Positions 48,996 to 57,902 of a stretch of DNA of 64,000 nucleotides are shown here, in pieces. The DNA is from an uncultured Oscillospiraceae bacterium (GTDB lineage Bacteria > Bacillota > Clostridia > Oscillospirales > QAMX01), in assembly GCA_964461815.1 (NCBI GenBank), contig CAYWVF010000006.1, positions 22,391 to 86,390 of the forward strand, in the 5' to 3' direction. The translations under genes and the position numbers were made by a program. Each line of letters begins with the position of its first letter. Position 1 is the first letter of the stretch. The notes beneath the pieces are model-generated. The model was not told the DNA's origin, searched no databases, and saw nothing but the letters and a program-made list of their open reading frames with translations.

Positions 48996-49843
48996 TTGCT
49001 CCGTCCTTTCCAGATGGACTGCATCTTCTTCACGGTTTTCTTAACATCCTTTTCAGGTTCGACCGGTATCAGCTCTCGCTTCAAAAGATTTTCCAGTGAT
49101 TCCGGAGACAGATTACGCTTTATCTGTCCGTTTGAGGCAGTACTTATTATGCCGGTCTCCTCTGAAACGATAACAGATATCGCATCGGTATGTTCGCTTA
49201 TTCCTATGCCGGCTCTGTGTCTTGTGCCAAGCTCCTTTGCAAGTGATTCATTTTCCGAGAGAGGCAGTACACAGCCTGCGGCATATACTCTTCCGTCACG
49301 GATGATCATTGCACCGTCGTGAAGAGGAGCTTTTACAAAGAAAATGTTTTTTACAAGCTCACTTGTAGTCTTTGCATCTACTATTGTGGCAGCTGTGATG
49401 ATATCATCCATGCGTGTCTTTCTCTCAAATACGATCAAAGCGCCTGTCCTCGACCATGACATAGAGCTGCATGCATCCACCACCTCACGGATCATGCTGT
49501 GTATTTCCGTTTCCTCTGTTTCACGCTTTAATATCTGAGTGATCTTTGTATTGCCCATCTGCTCTAGCACCTTGCGTATCTCAGGCTGAAACAGCACAAG
49601 CAATGCGATAAGACCTATCTGCAATGTATTTCTCAATACGAAATTTATTATGTTGAGCCCTATTTCATCGGACACTATCATAATAACCACAAGGATAAAT
49701 ACACCCTTAAGCGCATTCGCAAAGCTTGTTCCGTGAATAAATTTAAGAGCTTTATATATTAAAAAAGCAACGATAGCTATATCGAGCACGTCCATCAGCG
49801 AGGCTGTTTTTACGCACAGTATGAAATTTTGTAAAATCTCCAT
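48992..49843 (-). CDS. cdaA: Diadenylate cyclase CdaA
   Basis: Three TM helices, FQPEIR, GALI, PLHDGA, GTRHRA, VSEETG. Confidence 0.96.
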   Translation of the reverse strand: MEILQNFILCVKTASLMDVLDIAIVAFLIYKALKFIHGTSFANALKGVFILVVIMIVSDEIGLNIINFVLRNTLQIGLIALLVLFQPEIRKVLEQMGNTKITQILKRETEETEIHSMIREVVDACSSMSWSRTGALIVFERKTRMDDIITAATIVDAKTTSELVKNIFFVKAPLHDGAMIIRDGRVYAAGCVLPLSENESLAKELGTRHRAGIGISEHTDAISVIVSEETGIISTASNGQIKRNLSPESLENLLKRELIPVEPEKDVKKTVKKMQSIWKGRSK

Positions 49844-49895
49844 ATCTTATTCCTCGTCATATAAAATTATTGCAGTGCATCACTACTCAGATTAT

Positions 49896-49924
49896 ATTTT
49901 AGCACATTTCTTTCCCGTTGTGAA
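49896..49924 (-). promoter_or_regulatory. Sigma-A promoter of the cdaA operon
   Basis: Minus strand TTCACA-17-TAAAAT with extended TG. Confidence 0.55.
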
Positions 49925-50065
49925 GTGATATTCATGAATATTTAAATCTTTTTTTCTTTTTTTTATTTGCGTTTTCTTTCTCATGCTCTTTATTGCTTCA
50001 TTTTTCACACTCTTACGAGCACATCGCATCTGTTTGGCATATGAATACGGCAAGTCAAAACAGTA

Positions 50066-50097
50066 AAAGGCACTTTGCCTTTCCGCAAAGTGCCTTT
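50066..50097 (-). terminator. Terminator after the DegT-family gene
   Basis: AAAGGCACTTTGC / GCAAAGTGCCTTT perfect stem. Confidence 0.8.
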
Positions 50098-50132
50098 ATA
50101 GCTGACCGTATCAAATACGGCAATATTTAAAC

Positions 50133-51449
50133 TTATTTACCTGCCTGCATTTCTGCAACGCTCTCAAGAACTGCGTCTGCCATATATTCAAACTGCTCCT
50201 GTGTAAGATCGTATACAGGAAGATGTGTGAATCTCTTGTAGAATACTTCTTCTGCATTCGGGCAGCTTGCTGCGATAGCGTCTACATCGTAACCGAGCTT
50301 GTTGATAATATCGAAACGATAAAGAAGTCCGAAGTGAGGAATGCTTGTAACACCCTTCTCTTCCAGCTTTCTCTTAAGAACCTGGATGTCTCCACCGGCC
50401 TTTGCGGGGTCGATCTGGAGCTGATAAAGGTGATATGACGGATGGATCTCATCTGTATCAAGGAGCTGCGGAATGATAGCATCATTCTCTGCAAAGCGCT
50501 TTGTAAGATACTCAGCGTTCTTGCGGCGCTCAGCAATGATAGCATCATTACGCTTTACCTGAGACATAAGACCAACAGCCTGAATCTCTGTCTGAGAAGC
50601 GTTGAGTGCTACGAAGGGACCGAATTTGCCCGGGAGCATCTCTACGTCATAGAGCCAATCCTTGATCTTCTTCTCAAATGTTGTACCGAAGAAACGAGCT
50701 CTCTTCATGTAAGGACGGAATGCATCAACTGTTGTTGTAAGGATACCGCCTTCACCGAAGGATGTAACGTTCTTAACTTCATGCATGGAGAAGCCTGCAA
50801 AGTCAGCAATCGTACCGAGCTTCTTGCCCTTGTAGCTTGCGCCGAAGCCATGAGCAGCATCCTCGAGAACGAGAATATCATGTTCCTTTGCGATTCTCAT
50901 GATCTCATCCCAGTCACAGGGATATCCGCCGATATCAACCGGAACTACCATCTTTGTCTTAGGTGTGATCTTGCGCTCGAAGTCCTTAGGATCAAGGTTC
51001 AATGTGCGAGGATCAACATCACAGAATACTACCTTTGCACCGACTGCAAGAGGATAAGCCATTGTTGCGATAAATGTGATAGCCGGGATGATAACTTCAT
51101 CGCCGGGGCCGAGATTTGCATACTTATAAGCGATCTCAAAGCCTGCTGTACAGTTAGGAACGAATGCACAACCATCTGTTCCGAGATATTCATCGATCTG
51201 GTCCTCTACCTGAGCAACCTTTGTATCAAGGGAAAGCTTTGCTGGAGGTGCGCTTACCTGAGCAAGTGCATTTACCTTTTCGCGAACTGCTGCGATAGCT
51301 GCATCATATTCAGCTCCGGAGCCCTGCATAAGAAATTCTACGACGTCCATGAGGTCATCGGCATTGTAATTCTCGCCGACAGCAGCCCACGGCACTTTTG
51401 TTTCGCCGGTATTGTAACGGAAGTCAGAAGCCTTTTTCTTTGTTGCCAT
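50133..51449 (-). CDS. DegT/DnrJ/EryC1/StrS PLP-dependent aminotransferase
   Basis: NCTAG, GPGDEVIIPAITFIAT, EDAAHGFG, FSMHEVKNVTSFGEGG (PLP lysine). Confidence 0.9.
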   Translation of the reverse strand: MATKKKASDFRYNTGETKVPWAAVGENYNADDLMDVVEFLMQGSGAEYDAAIAAVREKVNALAQVSAPPAKLSLDTKVAQVEDQIDEYLGTDGCAFVPNCTAGFEIAYKYANLGPGDEVIIPAITFIATMAYPLAVGAKVVFCDVDPRTLNLDPKDFERKITPKTKMVVPVDIGGYPCDWDEIMRIAKEHDILVLEDAAHGFGASYKGKKLGTIADFAGFSMHEVKNVTSFGEGGILTTTVDAFRPYMKRARFFGTTFEKKIKDWLYDVEMLPGKFGPFVALNASQTEIQAVGLMSQVKRNDAIIAERRKNAEYLTKRFAENDAIIPQLLDTDEIHPSYHLYQLQIDPAKAGGDIQVLKRKLEEKGVTSIPHFGLLYRFDIINKLGYDVDAIAASCPNAEEVFYKRFTHLPVYDLTQEQFEYMADAVLESVAEMQAGK

Positions 51450-51494
51450 AATAAAATATCCTCCTTAAACATAGTTATCTGTTTCACTGTCTGT

Positions 51495-51523
51495 ATTATA
51501 CCACACCATGTTTGAAATTGCAA
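51495..51523 (-). promoter_or_regulatory. Near-consensus sigma-A promoter of the DegT-family gene
   Basis: Minus strand TTGCAA-17-TATAAT with extended TG; AAGGAGG SD before the ATG. Confidence 0.7.
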
Positions 51524-51610
51524 GCACATTCTTTCAAGCATTGCATAAATATTTGCATTTTATTTATTTCGTCAGTTTTTGTATGTCATGCTTGTGGATC
51601 TTTCACAACA

Positions 51611-51650
51611 AACAGCGGCATAGCCTTTTTTAAGCTATACCGCTGAGTTT
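51611..51650 (-). terminator. Terminator of the spoIIIA operon
   Basis: CAGCGGCATAGC / GCTATACCGCTG stem directly after the spoIIIAH stop. Confidence 0.6.
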
Positions 51651-51651
51651 A

Positions 51652-52287
51652 TTACGATGCTTCGATTATCTTTATCATATCTGCCTTGACAGCTGCCTCC
51701 GCAATGATTATGTCCTTGACTCTGGCGACATCCGTCGATTGCAGTCCTTCCTCCTCCGGAAGCAGGACTACGCTCACGCCCGTATCATCTACCATTGCAA
51801 CGCAGTCTAAATAACCCTTTGCGATCACAAGGCTCTCTATGCGTGCTTCCTTTACCGCATTAGATGCTATAAGCGCTATGCGATTTTCCGCATCTGCCTT
51901 TGCCGTATCGGAAGCGCTCTCATCCGCAATAGTCTGCTTTAGGAGTGCAATGGAATTATCTCTCGTCGTTTGCCTGCTCAGTCTTGTCTCATCAAAGTAG
52001 TCTGCGAACTCTGCTGTGCGTGAATTTACTACACTGTAGCTCTCGCCGAGACTGTCACTCGTTCCGTCATCGGATACCGAGGTCATTTCCCAGTCATATT
52101 CTCCGAATCTGTCTGCATCCGTTCCTGTCTTTACCGCATCATCGCTCTCCATTGCAGACTGTAAGTAATTATCACCGTCATAAACAGCAAGATCGTCACC
52201 CAACTCCCGGCTATAGCTCCAGTTAAGATATACAGCCACACATAAGAGCAGCACAATAACAGCAATGACCGCACCATTCTTTTTCAT
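51652..52287 (-). CDS. spoIIIAH: Stage III sporulation protein AH
   Basis: VAVYLNW, YF.ETRL.R, E..IESLV.AKGY.D; last gene of the operon. Confidence 0.9.
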   Translation of the reverse strand: MKKNGAVIAVIVLLLCVAVYLNWSYSRELGDDLAVYDGDNYLQSAMESDDAVKTGTDADRFGEYDWEMTSVSDDGTSDSLGESYSVVNSRTAEFADYFDETRLSRQTTRDNSIALLKQTIADESASDTAKADAENRIALIASNAVKEARIESLVIAKGYLDCVAMVDDTGVSVVLLPEEEGLQSTDVARVKDIIIAEAAVKADMIKIIEAS

Positions 52288-52319
52288 AACAAAATCCAAC
52301 CTCCAATTTCTTTGTTTTT

Positions 52320-52886
52320 TCATTTCATCTTCACCACGCTTACTCTGTCCGAGCTCAGGCCGGTCAGCGTTGACACCGCATTCGTCACCTTTAATCGGAC
52401 GCTCGCACTGTCTGCCCCATCGCAGACTATCACTGCGCCCAAATATTCCGGATAAATTTGCTTTACCACTGCTACCGATTCGTTTCCATCCTTGTCGCGT
52501 AATACCACCACCTTAGAATCTTCATTTATCTCACTCTGAGACAACTTTCCGTCCTCCATCCTCTGCTGCGAGCTCTGACTTACCTCGTCTGCATACTGCA
52601 CCTCCACTCCGCATTTCAGCGTCAAGCTCACCTCGAGCCTGCCGACGCCTTCTATCCTGCCAAGTATATTTCTCAGCTTACCTTCCATATCGTACACCTC
52701 ATCATCTGACACAGTCTTTGTTATGACAGTCTTTCCGTCATCGTTCCCGACAGTATCATCTTCGGACGGCCACATCAGAAATGCAAGCCCCAGAACAGCT
52801 ATTATAACTATATACTTGTATTTCGCTAAAAATTCCAATATTGATGAACTTATTTTTTTAAGATCACAGCTTGAAAAAATATTCAT
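52320..52886 (-). CDS. spoIIIAG: Stage III sporulation protein AG
   Basis: L..ILGRIEGVG, P...GAVIVCDGAD, V.VVKMK. Confidence 0.9.
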   Translation of the reverse strand: MNIFSSCDLKKISSSILEFLAKYKYIVIIAVLGLAFLMWPSEDDTVGNDDGKTVITKTVSDDEVYDMEGKLRNILGRIEGVGRLEVSLTLKCGVEVQYADEVSQSSQQRMEDGKLSQSEINEDSKVVVLRDKDGNESVAVVKQIYPEYLGAVIVCDGADSASVRLKVTNAVSTLTGLSSDRVSVVKMK

Positions 52887-53374
52887 TGTCTTTCACCATC
52901 CCAGTAGATCGTATCGCAGGACAGCTCACTTTTCAAAAGTACCGATAGCTTCTTTTTTTCCTCACCACTTGCTTCCCCTCCCTTTACCTCAGCATAGGAC
53001 GGTGCATAATACCCCTCGTCCGTCATGCTCACCGCTACATATACGCTTCCGTCAACTCCGTTTTCACGAAGTCTGCGCTCCGCATACTCACTAAGTCGTT
53101 CTGTCGTCACTCTTTTTGTCAATTCATCAGCTGTCCTATCATATGTGTCCGACAAATATTCATTCTCAAACATATCCTCTATGTGTATCAAATCATTTAT
53201 ATCATTTCCTTTCAGCGGCACAACAGTTACGATCATCAGCGCGGCAGTCGTTATGATCGGTATCGATCTTTTTGCTGCATTCATATTCTCACACAGTGCA
53301 GATGCTATAGATGAAAGCAGTGATATCATCACTACATCCGATATCCATTGACTGAATATATTTTTCATTATCAT
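52883..53374 (-). CDS. spoIIIAF: Stage III sporulation protein AF (divergent)
   Basis: Position between AE and AG; two N-terminal TM helices plus a soluble domain. Confidence 0.7.
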   Translation of the reverse strand: MIMKNIFSQWISDVVMISLLSSIASALCENMNAAKRSIPIITTAALMIVTVVPLKGNDINDLIHIEDMFENEYLSDTYDRTADELTKRVTTERLSEYAERRLRENGVDGSVYVAVSMTDEGYYAPSYAEVKGGEASGEEKKKLSVLLKSELSCDTIYWDGERQ

Positions 53375-54477
53375 CCCGTCCCCAAATGTGCAATAGATAA
53401 AAATATGCTGACAAGGAGCATCGATGAAGCAGAGCCTACCATTCCGAGGATCAGTGCAAAACCACCTGCAATATCATCCACAAGTGTACTCAGCTCTCTT
53501 TGACACGATATACCCGAAAACACTCCTACGGCTTTAAACAGCAGATATTGTACTCCGATCTTCAAAAAAGGAACTACCGAGGAAGCAAGAATACATATCA
53601 TACCGTAAACTCCGATCGAGTTTTTTGCGATCCTTGCACCTGTTATTACTGTGTCTGCCGCATCCGATATAATACCTCCCACAACCGGTATCGCACCCGA
53701 GACAGTGAGCTTTACGGTTTTCAGCGTCAGGGCATCTGCTGTGCCGGATATTACACCGCAGAGTGTCATATACGCTGTATACACAGTCAGTATGAGCTTG
53801 ATAAATGTAGTCATAAGCCACCTTATCATAGTCGCCAAACGTCTGAGTGCATCATTTCCCGTAGCCGCATTTGCCGCCGACAATGCAACGTATGCATATA
53901 CAAGAGGCAGCATAAGCTTACTGAATGAGCTTATGATAGCATCACTTATAAACGACATGGCAATATATCTCAGTCCCGATGCGGTAGGTATTCCGGCGGC
54001 CGTTCCTGCTGCCGTCAATACCGGAAGTAACGCCTTTGAAAACACGTTCATCTCCTCTATCGTATTTTTCCCGAGCCCCAAAAGCGTATTAAGATCACCT
54101 ACGGAGATCGTCGTTATCGCCAATGTACCTGCAAGCACGACAGCCTTGCCGCCCTTTCCGCACGCTTCGGTCATACTTGCAGCCACCGCACACAGCATCA
54201 GAGCTGCAAATACACTAAGACTGTCATGAAGAGAATCCTTTATTATATCCTTAAGCGACCTTAGTCCCGATTTGAATACATTCTTTATACATTCACCGAA
54301 ATCACTGTTATCCTCTATTTTCGTATGCCCCAGCAGTGATCTGACCGAATTCGGAGCTGCGTCCTCTACCGAATCAACATCTAAAATATCATATATACTT
54401 TCTGTCGCAAGTGAGTATGGTATCATAGACAGCAGCACCAGAACTATCATTATAATCGCCCTTATGCATCTTGTCAT
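53371..54477 (-). CDS. spoIIIAE: Stage III sporulation protein AE
   Basis: Multi-TM protein with IPVVGGIISDA and KNSIGVYG; ATGA overlap with AD. Confidence 0.9.
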   Translation of the reverse strand: MTRCIRAIIMIVLVLLSMIPYSLATESIYDILDVDSVEDAAPNSVRSLLGHTKIEDNSDFGECIKNVFKSGLRSLKDIIKDSLHDSLSVFAALMLCAVAASMTEACGKGGKAVVLAGTLAITTISVGDLNTLLGLGKNTIEEMNVFSKALLPVLTAAGTAAGIPTASGLRYIAMSFISDAIISSFSKLMLPLVYAYVALSAANAATGNDALRRLATMIRWLMTTFIKLILTVYTAYMTLCGVISGTADALTLKTVKLTVSGAIPVVGGIISDAADTVITGARIAKNSIGVYGMICILASSVVPFLKIGVQYLLFKAVGVFSGISCQRELSTLVDDIAGGFALILGMVGSASSMLLVSIFLSIAHLGTG

Positions 54478-54860
54478 ACGAGCTCTCCCAGTAACGTCAG
54501 TGCACTGTTCATAAGAGGAAGAGCTACTACTATACATGCCGCACTGCCGCACAGCTCCATCTTTGCCGCTAATGCGCCCTCACCGCTATCTCTGCACAGC
54601 TCACTCGTTACCTTTGTCACCACGCTTACGCCTATCACCTTCATAAGCGGCTCTGCTACCTGTCCGATCTCGCCTGACACCGATGTAAGCTCCGTCCAAA
54701 ATTCTCGTATCACTTCTATGTATTGAAACGCAGCAGTAAACAGCACAAGTGCAGCCGCAATGGATGTCATTATTGCTGCCTCGGCATTATTCTTTTTCAG
54801 TGTGATCGCCAATATGCACCCTATGATAGCTATCGCAGCTGCTTTGACCAATATATCCAT
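54474..54860 (-). CDS. spoIIIAD: Stage III sporulation protein AD
   Basis: KVIGVS...ELCRDSGEGALAAKME. Confidence 0.9.
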   Translation of the reverse strand: MDILVKAAAIAIIGCILAITLKKNNAEAAIMTSIAAALVLFTAAFQYIEVIREFWTELTSVSGEIGQVAEPLMKVIGVSVVTKVTSELCRDSGEGALAAKMELCGSAACIVVALPLMNSALTLLGELV

Positions 54861-54865
54861 GATAA

Positions 54866-55060
54866 TTAAAATCCAAATACACGCTTTACCGTTGTGAACA
54901 GAGCGTTTATCTCTTGCACCAGCATCATTAATACTACAATCAGTCCTGCGATCGTAGTCATCATCGCCTGTTCTTCACGACCGGAGCGTATCAACAGCTG
55001 ATTTAATACAGCTACGATCATGCCAATCGCTGCTATCCTGAATATCAAGTCTACATTCAT
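54866..55060 (-). CDS. spoIIIAC: Stage III sporulation protein AC
   Basis: MNVDLIFRIAAIG...SGREEQAMMTTIAGL. Confidence 0.95.
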   Translation of the reverse strand: MNVDLIFRIAAIGMIVAVLNQLLIRSGREEQAMMTTIAGLIVVLMMLVQEINALFTTVKRVFGF

Positions 55061-55094
55061 GACTGTTCTCCTCTCGTAAGCTTATACGGTTTAT

Positions 55095-55122
55095 TATATT
55101 TATACTTGTCCTCACTTAGAAC
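55095..55122 (-). promoter_or_regulatory. Candidate internal sporulation promoter / SpoIIID-like box upstream of spoIIIAC
   Basis: Minus strand GTTCTAA-GTG-AGGACAAGTAT, near-identical to the element upstream of spoIIIAA. Confidence 0.5.
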
Positions 55123-55141
55123 CACAGCTTTTCGAAATGTT

Positions 55142-55651
55142 CTACATAAGCATTACCGAGATGCCGATCCCCAATGCAGCTCCGAGCTTTTTATACAGTG
55201 AGCCCTGCTTAATATATTCTTCTCTCAGCTCCTCCAGCTGCTTTTCAAGCCTGATAAGCGCATAATCTATAGCATTTACCTGTGTTTGCATATCATATTT
55301 TCCAAGCACAGCTCCCACGGAGTTAAGTATCTGCATCGTCTCGCCTCCAAGCTCTGCTGTATAGGAAAAGAAGCTATCCTGCCATATTTCATAAAACGCC
55401 TTGTTTTCGGCATCATATTCGGAATACATTTTCTCGAACAACGTGCTCAATTTATCGTCCGCTTTTGACAGCTTCAGCAGAATGTCCGGCACAGGAGTCA
55501 AATTCATCACAAGTTCCGCCTTTATCCTCGATAATGAAGATATTATACCGTCCATACGCTCAAAGCGTTCCTTTAGCCGCATCGTCGCAGCATTACCCGT
55601 TAATAATCCGCACATAGACACGCACAACACACCTACTGCTTTGATATACAT
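55142..55651 (-). CDS. spoIIIAB: Stage III sporulation protein AB
   Basis: N- and C-terminal TM helices, LGKYD...Q, LYKKLG; second gene of the operon. Confidence 0.88.
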   Translation of the reverse strand: MYIKAVGVLCVSMCGLLTGNAATMRLKERFERMDGIISSLSRIKAELVMNLTPVPDILLKLSKADDKLSTLFEKMYSEYDAENKAFYEIWQDSFFSYTAELGGETMQILNSVGAVLGKYDMQTQVNAIDYALIRLEKQLEELREEYIKQGSLYKKLGAALGIGISVMLM

Positions 55652-55663
55652 GCATTATCCCCC

Positions 55664-56533
55664 TTACAGCTTATACACGGCTACTTTCCTTATTCCCGAT
55701 ATCATATCTATCGTCACGATACGCTTAAAAACACCCTTTGCAATAAGGTCTTTCATGACGGCACGCTGCTCAAGCTCATCTATACTCTCGGCATGTACCG
55801 TTGCGATAATCCTCACCGAGCAATTCACACTTTGCTCTATTGCCTTTATGTCCTCAGCTGCCGTGATCTCGTCTACTGCTATGATCTGAGGTGACATCGA
55901 GCGCAAAAGCAGCATAATGCCCTCCGCTTTCGGTGCTCCGTCAAGTATATCGGTATGCGCTCCGACATCAAACTGAGGTATGCCCCTATACATCGCAGCT
56001 ATCTCACCTCTCTCATCACATATCGCGCATTTTACTCCCGCATCCGACATTTGTCTTACGATATCACGCAAAAGAGTCGTTTTGCCTCCTCCGGGAGCTG
56101 ATATTATCAACGTACTTTCATTCCCGAGCTGTGCTATTATTCCATCTGCCGCACCCTTTATCTGTCTTGCGACTCTGATATTCACAGAAGAAAATGACCG
56201 CAGCATACTTATTTCGTTATTCTTCATTACTGCCGTACCACACACACCTATTCTATGTCCGTGCTCCATCGTTACAAAGCCGGAACGAAGACCGTCGGCA
56301 GCGCTGTGTATTGATGATCGTGTCGCATTTTCTATCACAAGCGCAATATCCTGTGCAGTCACACGTCTTTCCGGCATGACGATATATTCTCTGCCGCTCG
56401 ACAGTATGCATACGCATCGTCCGGAACGAAGTCGTATTTCCTCTGCCTTTATTTTTACTCCTGCATCAAGGCTGTGCAATGCATTCCTTATATCCTGCGG
56501 CAATGGCATAAGTGCTGTTTCAAAGCTTTTCAA
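55664..56533 (-). CDS. spoIIIAA: Stage III sporulation protein AA (ATPase)
   Basis: EEIRLR, GHRIGVCG, PGGGKTTLLRD, DERGEI, RSMSPQIIAVDEI. Start is TTG 56533 or 56548. Confidence 0.95.
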   Translation of the reverse strand: MKSFETALMPLPQDIRNALHSLDAGVKIKAEEIRLRSGRCVCILSSGREYIVMPERRVTAQDIALVIENATRSSIHSAADGLRSGFVTMEHGHRIGVCGTAVMKNNEISMLRSFSSVNIRVARQIKGAADGIIAQLGNESTLIISAPGGGKTTLLRDIVRQMSDAGVKCAICDERGEIAAMYRGIPQFDVGAHTDILDGAPKAEGIMLLLRSMSPQIIAVDEITAAEDIKAIEQSVNCSVRIIATVHAESIDELEQRAVMKDLIAKGVFKRIVTIDMISGIRKVAVYKL

Positions 56534-56555
56534 ATCTATCTCACCCAATACAATT

Positions 56556-56582
56556 CTATTTAATACTTGTCCTGTTTAGAAC
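56556..56582 (-). promoter_or_regulatory. spoIIIA promoter region with SpoIIID-like box
   Basis: Minus strand GTTCTAA-AC-AGGACAAGTAT. SpoIIID regulation of spoIIIA is established in Bacillus subtilis. Confidence 0.55.
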
Positions 56583-56624
56583 ACAAAAATATTAAGCTCA
56601 GAGTAAGCTTTTTTGTATCAGGTC

Positions 56625-56669
56625 TTGACAAATCTGTTATTATTGTATATACTGTATATATACAATAAT
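56625..56669 (+). promoter_or_regulatory. Sigma-A promoter with YtrA/GntR-type operator
   Basis: TTGACA-17-TATACT overlapped by the 13-bp inverted repeat ATTATTGTATATA-N5-TATATACAATAAT (56639-69). Confidence 0.8.
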
Positions 56670-56683
56670 TCAAGAGGTGAGAA

Positions 56684-57055
56684 ATGACTCTTTTCATTGA
56701 CAACAAAAGCAACGCACCAATATACGATCAGATATACACTCAAATAAAAGCTCAAATCATCAGCGGTGCGCTACAAGAAAATGAAGCTCTGCCATCCATA
56801 CGAAATCTCGCAAAGGATCTGAGGATCAGCGTGATCACAACAAAGCGTGCGTACGATGAGCTTGAGAAGGATGGGTTTATTTACACGATATCTACAAAAG
56901 GCTGCTTTGTAGCTGCGAAAAACACAGAGCTTTTGCGTGAGGAAAATCTAAAAAAAATAGAGGAGCACATTGAAAAAATAGCACAGCTTGCAGCCGCCTG
57001 TGATCTCTGTCGTGATGATGTGATAGAGATGCTGAAGTGCATTTGGGAGGACTGA
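56684..57055 (+). CDS. GntR (YtrA subfamily) regulator
   Basis: PIYDQI, LPSIRNLA, TTKRAYDELE; short C-terminal domain. Confidence 0.93.
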   Translation: MTLFIDNKSNAPIYDQIYTQIKAQIISGALQENEALPSIRNLAKDLRISVITTKRAYDELEKDGFIYTISTKGCFVAAKNTELLREENLKKIEEHIEKIAQLAAACDLCRDDVIEMLKCIWED

Positions 57056-57058
57056 ACA

Positions 57059-57901
57059 ATGAACGCACTGGAAATAAAGGATCTGAGCAGATCCTACAAG
57101 GATTTTACACTTGATCATCTCACACTTACACTGCCGATGGGCTGTATTATGGGACTGATAGGAGAAAACGGTGCCGGTAAGAGCACAACAATAAAGCTGA
57201 TACTTGATGTGATAAGTCGTGACAGCGGAAGCATAACTGTTTTGGGTAAGGATAATCGTGACAATTTTATGCTTACAAAAGAGGATATAGGTGTTGTTTT
57301 GGACGAAGTAGGCATATCCTCCTGTCTTACGGCAAAGCAGGTCGGAAGCATTATGAAATACACGTATAAAAACTGGAACAGTGACCTGTACAGCGAATAT
57401 CTACGCAAATTGTCGATCCCGGAAACGAAAAAATACAAGGACTATTCTCGTGGCATGAGAATGAAGCTCGGCATCGCCATAGCCATGTCGCATGACGCAA
57501 AGCTTCTTATTCTGGATGAGGCTACAAGCGGACTCGATCCCGTGATACGTGACGAAATAATCGATATGTTCAGCGAATTTACACGTGATGAGAATCATTC
57601 CATCCTCATTTCCTCACATATTATAAGTGATCTCGAGAAGATATGTGATTATATAGCTTTTCTGCATAAGGGTAAGCTCCTGCTCTATGAGGAAAAGGAC
57701 AGACTCAAAGAGCACTACGGTATCATTCGATGCAGCAGGTCAGATATCCTCCGCATCCCATCGGAAAAGCTTATAGGAATAAAAGAATCACCCTACGGTA
57801 TTGAGGCTATTGCTTCAAGGGACAGCATTCCTGCCGATATTGATATTTTCCCTATCGACATTGAGCAATTGTTTCTATTTATGGTCAAGGAGGCTAAATA
57901 A
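57059..57901 (+). CDS. ABC transporter ATP-binding protein
   Basis: GENGAGKST, YSRGM, LDEATSGLDP, SSH. Confidence 0.93.
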   Translation: MNALEIKDLSRSYKDFTLDHLTLTLPMGCIMGLIGENGAGKSTTIKLILDVISRDSGSITVLGKDNRDNFMLTKEDIGVVLDEVGISSCLTAKQVGSIMKYTYKNWNSDLYSEYLRKLSIPETKKYKDYSRGMRMKLGIAIAMSHDAKLLILDEATSGLDPVIRDEIIDMFSEFTRDENHSILISSHIISDLEKICDYIAFLHKGKLLLYEEKDRLKEHYGIIRCSRSDILRIPSEKLIGIKESPYGIEAIASRDSIPADIDIFPIDIEQLFLFMVKEAK

Positions 57902-57902
57902 T

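Noticed and set aside
50044-50123. 10-bp direct repeat AATACGGCAA flanking the DegT terminator
   Set aside because: Encloses only the terminator, has no mobile-element features, and is plausible by chance.
50442-51515. 357-aa plus-strand ORF
   Set aside because: Antisense shadow of the codon-biased DegT gene; Cys/Leu-rich with no recognisable motifs.
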